Of a stretch of 64,000 nucleotides of DNA, positions 56,547-64,000 are shown piece after piece. The position numbers were made by a program, and so were the translations under genes. Position 1 is the stretch's first letter. Each line of letters begins with the position of its first letter. This DNA comes from Vicinamibacteria bacterium (GTDB lineage Bacteria; Acidobacteriota; Vicinamibacteria; Marinacidobacterales; Marinacidobacteraceae): assembly GCA_964291235.2 (NCBI GenBank), contig OZ219816.1, positions 128,001 to 192,000 of the forward strand. The letters are read 5' to 3'. Under the pieces are notes generated by a model. It was not told where the DNA came from, did not search any database, and saw nothing but the letters and a program-made list of their open reading frames with translations.

Positions 56547-58958
56547 TCAGAAACGGAACAGGCGGGTGAACTTGACGACCAGCGCCCGGTCGGTCAGCCC
56601 CGACAGCGCGTCGTCCCCGTCGCGGTTCGTGCTGAAGACGACGAACACGTCGCTGCCCGGCGAGTATTCCCAGCGGAAGCGCACGTTGGCCGACATCAGT
56701 TGGGCGGCCGAGTTGTACTGAACGAGCGCCCCGACGAAGCTCTGCGGGGAGACGGTGTAGGTGGCGCGGAGACGGGTCACCTGGGCCTGCACTTCGCCGC
56801 CCGGCACCTCGATCCAGTTGAGGCTGATGTTCGGCTCCATGGAAAAGCGCCGGTTCACCTCGGCGCGTCCCCAGTAGCTCACTTCCTGGCGGGTGCCCCC
56901 GAAGAAGTCCCCGAACTCGTAGCGGACATACCCGGAGACAGCGCGGTGTGTTCCCAACCAGAAGCGAATACCGCTACGGGCGAAGCGGTAGTTGCCAGCC
57001 GGAACCGCAACGTCGCTGGAGAGGTCGAAACCGTCGAGGAGATGTTCCTCCGTCATCGAGTGCGTCACCACCAGGCGGTCGCTGCTCTCGAAGATGGCGC
57101 GTCCCTCGAAGGTGTATTCCCGCGTCTCCATCTCCCCGTCCAGCCGGTCGTACTGATTCGCGTCGGCCTTGAACTCGAACTGGCGGATGGCCTCGATGCC
57201 GCGTGGCCGCGGCGCCAGCGTGACGGACCCTCCGTTCTTGGTGAAGTCCCGCCGGCGGACGAAACCCATCCCCGGGTTGAAGTCGTCGCCGAGGTAGAGA
57301 CGCTCGGCCGAGACATCGAACAGGTCGGTGTCGTAGCGAAACTGTCCCATGTAGCTGGCCGCCTGATGTCCGGCCTCGACGCCGGGCTCGCTGGTGGCCA
57401 TGTAGAAGGTGTTGATCCGGATGTTCTCGCTCGGCGCGAAGTTGCCGTCCACCCCATAGAGGGAGTTGGACCCCGTCCCGTCGGAGTTGATGTTGCGGTG
57501 CGTCGCAATGACCCCGATGTTGGACCGCGAGAAGAGGTCCCGCTTCATCCGGAAGGCGCTGAAATTGGTGCTCTCCACGTCGAGGCCCGGCACGCCCTCC
57601 GTCTGGATGTTCATGAGTCCCATCTGGTAGGCGCCGGCCCGGCCGTGGAGCCGGGCGCCGCCCAGGATCGGCACCGCGCTGCCGCCGGAGATCCCGATGG
57701 ACCGGCTGAAGAACGGGATCGGAGCGTCGGACGGGCCCTGGCCGCCGAAGGCGCGGGTCTGCCGGCCACCGAAATCGAACACCCCCTGTCCCTCGAGGAA
57801 GAACTCGCGCTTTTCCGGGAAGAAGAGGCTGAAGCGACTCAGGTTGACCTGGGTCTCGTCGTCTTCCACCTGCGCGAAGTCGGTGTTCCAGGTGACGTCG
57901 GCGGTGAGTCCGTCCGTCACCCCGAACTTGAAATCGGCGCCGACGTCGCCGGACCACTCGTTCAGGGTGTCGTTCAGCGGAGCGTGTTGCTGGGAACCGA
58001 TCGCGTAGGGCTTGAGCTCCATCCGCCGCGATCCCGCGGGAGCTTCGAGCCCCACGAGCGTCGCCGCGTTGGAGAGACGGATCAGCGCTTCGCGGTTGTA
58101 GGCCTGCGGGGTGGCGGTGAAGAACACCTTCTCGTTCCGGTGCTTGATGTTGCGCTGGAAATTGATGCCCCAGAGCTGGGACCCTCCCGCCGCGTAGCGG
58201 AGCGACCGGAAGGGGATCCGGATTTCCGTGGTCCAACCGCCCTCGACGATCTCGCTCTTGGCCCACCAGACGGTGTTCCAGTCGCTGTTGGTGTTCCGTT
58301 CGTCGGTCACCTGGGCGTCGTAGAGGGCGCCGAGCGGGTTGGTGTGGAACAAGAAGCCGTTCCGGCGGTCGTAGAAGGTGTCGAGGACGATCTGGAAGCT
58401 GTCGTTCCAGCCGATGCTCATGTGGTCGCGGCGCATTTCGCCGGCCATCAACTCCTCCGCGTGTTCCTCTTCCATCTCCGCCGCGATGTAGAGGTTCTCC
58501 GCGTCGTAGAGCACCCAGACGCGGGTGGACTCCGACGCCGGAGCGCCCTCGTTCGGCTCCTGCTGGAGGAAGCCGTCCGCGGCCGGCACCTGGTCGTAGA
58601 CCGGATCGTCGAGTACCCCGTCCACGGTGAGTGGCTCGGCGAGCCGGAAGGCGCGGAGCGTTACCCGGCCGTCGGCGTCGCGGCTGACCGCTTCTCCGGC
58701 CTTCGGCGCGGGCGGACCGAGGATGCGGCTCGCCATCGCCGAAGGGACCGGCCCCTGTTGGTCTTCCGCCAGCCGGCCGCCGCCGCGGAGCGGGATCGCC
58801 AGATCATCCGAATCGTCCTGGAGCTGCCGATCCGCGGGCGGGGGAACGGGTCCCTCAGGGCCGGCGGGCACGGGGTTGCCGGCGAACGAAACGCCGGCTA
58901 GCAACACCGAGAGTCCCGCCACGGCAACGCCTCGCGAAAGAAATTGAAATGACGGCAA
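56547..58958 (-). CDS. CBM9-like + DUF5916 putative outer-membrane protein, paralog E
   Basis: Same motifs (NTDFAQVEDDETQVNLSRF). Start reassigned to TTG 58958 because its context gggtaccgcctcTTGCCG matches paralog F (gggtaccgcttcTTGCCG). Confidence 0.85.
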   Translation of the reverse strand: MPSFQFLSRGVAVAGLSVLLAGVSFAGNPVPAGPEGPVPPPADRQLQDDSDDLAIPLRGGGRLAEDQQGPVPSAMASRILGPPAPKAGEAVSRDADGRVTLRAFRLAEPLTVDGVLDDPVYDQVPAADGFLQQEPNEGAPASESTRVWVLYDAENLYIAAEMEEEHAEELMAGEMRRDHMSIGWNDSFQIVLDTFYDRRNGFLFHTNPLGALYDAQVTDERNTNSDWNTVWWAKSEIVEGGWTTEIRIPFRSLRYAAGGSQLWGINFQRNIKHRNEKVFFTATPQAYNREALIRLSNAATLVGLEAPAGSRRMELKPYAIGSQQHAPLNDTLNEWSGDVGADFKFGVTDGLTADVTWNTDFAQVEDDETQVNLSRFSLFFPEKREFFLEGQGVFDFGGRQTRAFGGQGPSDAPIPFFSRSIGISGGSAVPILGGARLHGRAGAYQMGLMNIQTEGVPGLDVESTNFSAFRMKRDLFSRSNIGVIATHRNINSDGTGSNSLYGVDGNFAPSENIRINTFYMATSEPGVEAGHQAASYMGQFRYDTDLFDVSAERLYLGDDFNPGMGFVRRRDFTKNGGSVTLAPRPRGIEAIRQFEFKADANQYDRLDGEMETREYTFEGRAIFESSDRLVVTHSMTEEHLLDGFDLSSDVAVPAGNYRFARSGIRFWLGTHRAVSGYVRYEFGDFFGGTRQEVSYWGRAEVNRRFSMEPNISLNWIEVPGGEVQAQVTRLRATYTVSPQSFVGALVQYNSAAQLMSANVRFRWEYSPGSDVFVVFSTNRDGDDALSGLTDRALVVKFTRLFRF

Positions 58959-59067
58959 GAGGCGGTACCCGGGAACGCTGTTCCCCGTGCAGGAAGCGAA
59001 GACCACCCGCCATTTTAGCAGCCGGACCCGGTGGCCCTCCACCGCGAAACGGCGGCCGGAGGGCGTG

Positions 59068-61467
59068 TCAGAACCGGAAGAGGCGGGTGAATTTGACGAC
59101 CAGCGCGCGGTCGCTGAGACCGGAGAGGCCGTCGTTCCCGTCCCGGTTGGTGCTGAACACCACGAACAGGTCGCTGCCGGGGGAGTACTCCCAGCGGAAG
59201 CGCACGTTCGCCGAATAGAGCTCTGCCGCCGAGTTGTACTGGACGAGCGCCCCCAGGAAGCTCCGTGGTGAGACGGTGTAGGTGACGCGGATGCGGCTCA
59301 CCTGCGCCCGCACCTCGCCGCCGGGAACTTCAATCCAGTTCAGGCTGATGTTGGGCTCGAGGGAGAAGCGCTGGTTCACCTCGGCGCGTCCCATGTAGCT
59401 CACTTCCTGCCGGGTGCCGCCGAAGAAGTTGCCCCACTCGTAACGCAGGAATCCCGAAACCCGCCGGTGGGAGCCCATCCGGATCCGGACCCCCGTTCGC
59501 GAAAACCGGTAGTTGCCGGCGGGCACCGCGACGTCGCTGGAGAGATCGAACCCCTCGAGGAGGCGCTCATCGGTGATGGTGTGGTCGAACATGAGGCGAT
59601 CGCTGCTCTCGAGGATCGCGCGGGCGTCGAAGCGGTATTCACGCGTCTCCAGCTCGCCGTCGGGCCGGTCGTACTGGTTCGCCTCCGCCTTGAACTCGAG
59701 CTGACGGATCGCCTGGATCCCGCGCGGGCGCGGCGCGAGCTGGAACGAACCGCCGTTCTTCGTGAAGTCCCTGCGGCGGACGAAGCCCATTCCCGGGTTG
59801 AAGTCCCCGCCGAGATAGAGCCTTTCGGCGGTGACGTCGATCAGGTCGGTGTCGTAGCGGAACTGGCCCATGTAGCTCGCGGCGTTATGTCCCGTCTCCA
59901 CTTCCGGCTCGCTGGTCGCCATGTAGAAGGTGTTGAAGCGGATGTTGTCCGTCGGGGCGAAGTTCCCGTCCACGCCGTAGAGGGAGTTGGATCCGGAACC
60001 GTCGGCGCTGATGTTCCGGTGGGTGGCGATGACGCCGATGTTGGACCGTGCGAAGAGGTCGCGTTTCATCCGGAAGGCGCTGAAGTTCGTGCTCTCCACG
60101 TCGAGTCCGCCGACATCGCCGGTCTGAATGTTCATCAGGCCCATCTGGTAGGCGCCGGCCCGGCCGTGGAGGCGGGCGCCGCCCAGAATCGGTACCGCGC
60201 TGCCCCCGGAAATGCCGATGGACCGGCTGAAGAACGGGATGGGGACGTCGGTCGGCCCGCCGAAGAAACGGGTTTCGCGGCCGCCGAAGTCGAACACCCC
60301 CTGCCCCTCGAGGAAGAACTCGCGCTTTTCCGGATAGAACAGGCTGAAACGGCTCAGGTTTACCTGGGTTTCGTCGTCTTCGACCTGCGCGAAGTCGGTG
60401 TTCCAGGTGACGTCGGCAGTGAGCCCGTCGGTGACGCCGAACTTGAAGTCGGCACCGACATCCCCGGACCACTCGTTGTTGATGTCGCTCAGGGGAACGT
60501 GGCTCTGGGAGCCGATCGCGTACGGCTTCAGCTCCATCCGCCGCGAGCCGGCCGGCGCCTCGAGGCCCACGAGCGTCGCCGCGTTCGAGAGCCGCAACAG
60601 CGCGAACCGGTCGTACGCCTGGGGCGTCGGGGTGAAGAACACCTGTTCGTTGTTGTGCTTGATGCGGCGGCGGAAGTTGATTCCCCAGAGCTGGGGCCCA
60701 CCGGCGGCGTAGCGCAGCGACCGGAACGGGATCCGGATCTCGACGGTGTAGCGGTTCTCGAGACGGTGGGTGTCCACCCACCAGACGGTGTTCCAGTCGC
60801 TGTTGGTGTTCCGTTCGTCCGTCACCTGCGCGTCGAAGAGCGCGCCCAGCGCGTTCGTATGGAACAAGAAGCCGTTGCGCCGGTCGTAGAAGGTGTCGAT
60901 GACGATCGAGAAGCTGTCGCCCCAGTCGATATTCCGCTGGTCGCGCCGCATCTCGTTGGCCATCAGCAGCTCCGGGTGGTCTTCTTCCAGATCGGCGGCG
61001 ATGTAGATGCTGTCGGCGTCGTAGAACACCCAGACCCGGGTGGACTCCGACGCCGGGTCGCCTTCGATGGGCTCCTGTTGGGTGAATCCCTCCGCCGCCG
61101 GCACCTGGTCGTACACCGGGTCGTCGAGCACCCCGTCCACGGTGAGGGGCTCGGAGAGCCGGAAGGCCCGGAGCGTCACCCCGCCGTCGGCGCCCCGGCT
61201 CACGGCTTCGTCGGCGGCGGGCGCCGGCGGTCCGAGGATGCGGTCGGCCATCGCCGAGTCGAGCCCCTGCTGGCCCTCGGCGAGCCGGCCCGAGCCACGC
61301 GAGGACAGCCCGAGGTCGTCCTGCCCGTCCTGCACGCGGCGGTCCGCGGGCGGAACCGGTCCGTCCTGGGCAAAGGCCGCGTTACCGGCGACCAACGCAG
61401 GACCGGTCAGCAGGAACCCCAGCGCGGCTGCGACGGCGCCTCGCAACGCTTTGGGAGGAATCGGCAA
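59068..61467 (-). CDS. CBM9-like + DUF5916 putative outer-membrane protein, paralog F
   Basis: Same motifs. TTG start and signal peptide. Confidence 0.85.
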   Translation of the reverse strand: MPIPPKALRGAVAAALGFLLTGPALVAGNAAFAQDGPVPPADRRVQDGQDDLGLSSRGSGRLAEGQQGLDSAMADRILGPPAPAADEAVSRGADGGVTLRAFRLSEPLTVDGVLDDPVYDQVPAAEGFTQQEPIEGDPASESTRVWVFYDADSIYIAADLEEDHPELLMANEMRRDQRNIDWGDSFSIVIDTFYDRRNGFLFHTNALGALFDAQVTDERNTNSDWNTVWWVDTHRLENRYTVEIRIPFRSLRYAAGGPQLWGINFRRRIKHNNEQVFFTPTPQAYDRFALLRLSNAATLVGLEAPAGSRRMELKPYAIGSQSHVPLSDINNEWSGDVGADFKFGVTDGLTADVTWNTDFAQVEDDETQVNLSRFSLFYPEKREFFLEGQGVFDFGGRETRFFGGPTDVPIPFFSRSIGISGGSAVPILGGARLHGRAGAYQMGLMNIQTGDVGGLDVESTNFSAFRMKRDLFARSNIGVIATHRNISADGSGSNSLYGVDGNFAPTDNIRFNTFYMATSEPEVETGHNAASYMGQFRYDTDLIDVTAERLYLGGDFNPGMGFVRRRDFTKNGGSFQLAPRPRGIQAIRQLEFKAEANQYDRPDGELETREYRFDARAILESSDRLMFDHTITDERLLEGFDLSSDVAVPAGNYRFSRTGVRIRMGSHRRVSGFLRYEWGNFFGGTRQEVSYMGRAEVNQRFSLEPNISLNWIEVPGGEVRAQVSRIRVTYTVSPRSFLGALVQYNSAAELYSANVRFRWEYSPGSDLFVVFSTNRDGNDGLSGLSDRALVVKFTRLFRF

Positions 61468-61599
61468 GAAGCGGTACCCCGGGGCGCGTCCCCACTCTCG
61501 GAGGCGCAGGGTGACAGTCAGTTTACGGAAAAGCCGGTCCCGGTCCCAACGCGTTCCGCCGGCCTGCCGGAGCGGCCGAAACCGGGGTTCGGAACCCCG

Positions 61600-64000
61600 T
61601 CAGAACCGGAACAGCCGGGTGAACTTGACGACGAGCGCCCGGTCGCTGAGACCGGAGAGACCGTCGTCGCCGTCCCGGTTCGAGCTCAAGACCACGAACA
61701 GGTCGCTGCCGGGGGAGTACTCCCAGCGGTAGCGGACGTTGGCCGAAAACAGTTGGGCGGCCGAGTTGTACTGGACCAGCGCCCCCAGGAAGCTGCGGGG
61801 CGAGACGGTATAGGTGGCGCGGAGGCGGCTCACCTGCGCCCGGACGTCGCCCGCGGGCATCGCGATCCAGTTCAGGCTGACGTTCGGCTCGAAGGAGAAG
61901 CGCTGGTTGATCTCGGCGCGTCCCCAGTAGCCCAGCTCCTGCCGGGTTCCCCCGAAGAAGTCCCCGAACTCGTAGCGGACCATTCCCGAGACCTTGCGGT
62001 GGGAGCCCATCCGGACCCGGACCCCGGCCCGGGCGAATCGGTAGCTCCCGGCGGGCACTGCGACCTCGTCCGAGAGGTCGAAACCCTCGAGGAGGTGCTC
62101 CTCGGTGACGGTGTAGCCGAGCATGAGGCGGTCGCTGCTCTCGAACAGGGTGTTGGCCTCGAACTCGTACTCCCGGGTCTCCAGCTCGCCGCCGGGACGC
62201 TGGTAGTTGTTCACCCGTGCCTGGAACTCCAACTGCCGGACCGCCTCGATGCCGCGAGGGCGCGGCGAGAACTGGAAGGAGCCGCTGTTCTTGGTGAAGT
62301 TCCGCCGGCGCACGAAACCCATCCCCGGGTTGAAGTCCTCGCCGAGATAGAGCCGCCCGGCGGTCACGTCGATCAGGTCGGTGTCGTAGCGGAACTGGCC
62401 CATGTAGCTGGCCGCCTGGTGTCCCGTCTCGACCCCGGGCTCGCTCGTCGCCATGTAGTAGGTGGTGATCCGGAGGTGATCCGTGGGGTTGAAGTTCCCG
62501 TCCATGCCGTAGAGCGAGTTGGACCCCGTGCCGTCGGCGCCCACGTTCCGGTGGGTCGCGATGACGCCGATGTTGGACCGGGAGAAGAGGTCGCGCTTCA
62601 CCCGGAAGGCGCTGAAATTCGTGCCCTCCACGTCCACACCCGGCGCGGTGCCGGTCTGGATGTTCATGAGCCCCATCTGGTAGGCGCCGGCCCGGCCGTG
62701 GAGCCGGGCGCCCCCGAGAATGGGCACCGCGCTGCCCCGGAGATCCCGATGGAGCGGCTGAAGAAGGGGATGGGAGTGTCGGAGGAACCCCCGCCCCCGA
62801 AGGCCCGCGTCTGCCGGCCTCCAAAGTCGAACACCCCCTGCCCTTCAAGGAAGAACTCGCGCTTTTCGGGGTAGAAGAGGCTGAAACGGCTCAGGTTGAC
62901 CTGGGTCTCGTCGTCCTCCACCTGCGCGAAGTCGGTGTTCCAGGTGACGTCGGCGGTGAGCCCGTCGGTGACCCCGAACTTGAAGTCGGCGCCGACGTCG
63001 CCGGACCACTCGTCGTTGATGTCCCTCAGGGGAGCGTCCGTCTGCGACCCGATGGCGTAGGGCTTCAGCTCCATCCGCCGCGAGCCGGCGGGGGCCTCGA
63101 GCCCGACGAGCGTCGCCGCGTTCGAGAGCCGGTTCAGCCCGTTCATGTTGAACGCCTGGGGCGTCGGAGTGAGAAAGGCCCGCTCGTTCGTGTGCTTGAT
63201 GAGGCGGCGAAAGTTGATGCCCCAGAGCTGGGGTCCGCCCGCGGCGTAGCGGAGCGAGCGGAACGGGATCCGCATCTCCATGGTCCAGCCGTCCTCGACG
63301 CGCTCGGTCCGGACCCACCACACGGTGTTCCAGTCGGAGTTCGTGTTCCGCTCGTCGGAGACCTGGGCGTCATAGAGCGCCCCCACCGCGTTGGTGTGGA
63401 ACAAGAATCCGTTCCGCCGGTCGTAGAAGGTGTCGAGGATGACCGAGAAGCTGTCGCCCCAGCCGATGTTCCGCTGGTCGCGGCGCATCTCGTTCGCCCG
63501 CAGGAGTTCCGGGTGGTGCTCTTCCAACTTGGCGGCGATGTAGAGGCTGTCCGCGTCGTAGAGCACCCAGACAAGAGTGGATTCCGAGACGGGAGCACCC
63601 TCGTTGGGTTCCTGTTGTACGAAACCCTCGGCTGCCGGCACCTGGTCGTACGCCGGGTCGTCCAGCACGCCGTCCAGAGTGAGCGGCTCCGCGAGCCGGA
63701 ACGCGCGGATCGTTACCCGGCCGTCGGCGTCACGACTGACCGCCTCGTTCGCGGCCGGCGCGGGCGGACCCAGGATGCGCTCGGCAATCGACGAACTGAG
63801 GTCCTGCTGGCGCTCGGCGACGCGGCCCGAGCCGCGCGCGGGAAATCCGAGGTCGCCCGGTTTGTCCTGGGCGTCCTGAACCCGGCGATCCTCCGGAGGT
63901 GAAATGACCGGCCCATCCTCGGCGGTGGCCGCACCGGCGGCCAACAGCGCTCCCGCCAGGAGGAGCAGGGCCTGGCCGACAGTCCTCCGGGCCCCCTCGC
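61600..64000 (-). pseudogene. CBM9-like + DUF5916 paralog G: frameshifted, 5' end beyond the window
   Basis: ORFs 62664-63944 and 61600-62727 join into one E/F-like gene if one base is added to the C4 run at 62735-62738 (C5 in paralog F at 60203-60207). The frame stays open to the window edge. May be a sequencing error. Confidence 0.8.

Noticed and set aside
59467-62874. 1135-aa plus-strand ORF and other long antisense ORFs (e.g. 28598-31306, 32229-35150, 22553-24868, 16807-18615)
   Set aside because: Antisense shadows of well-supported genes, expected from high GC3 codon usage.
46776-64000. Diversity-generating retroelement or invertase shufflon behind the paralog array
   Set aside because: No reverse transcriptase or recombinase in the window, no adenine-specific TR/VR pair, and all copies are full-length and co-oriented.

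Overview
High-GC bacterial chromosomal segment. Gene content suggests Acidobacteriota, possibly host/sponge-associated (inference). The left ~39 kb is mostly housekeeping: a tRNA-Gly/Cys/Leu cluster, yraN, cysS, an RsbV/RsbW/RsbU-type partner-switching module, ribF, mazG, comEC, birA, icmF plus a stand-alone B12-binding domain, IHF/HU, rpsA, 2-oxoacid:ferredoxin oxidoreductase alpha/beta, pdxST, a degenerate enhancer-binding protein, a polyproline-linker Pal, pyrKDF, an orphan PilB/GspE ATPase, an amidohydrolase, a serine hydrolase, a DAACS symporter and a CitE-like lyase. The right ~25 kb is accessory and its genes are all on the minus strand. It holds at least seven tandem, patchwork-related paralogs of a CBM9-like/DUF5916 putative outer-membrane protein (one frameshifted), followed by a translationally coupled cytochrome-c-motif DUF1592 / Tat-exported DUF1552 / ankyrin operon. 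That operon ends at a tandem array of covarying multi-hairpin 121/85-bp repeats that also occur as solo copies. A MITE-like element sits upstream of pilB/gspE. No CRISPR array, transposase or integrase was recognised. Family assignments come from motif recognition by eye; no searches were run.
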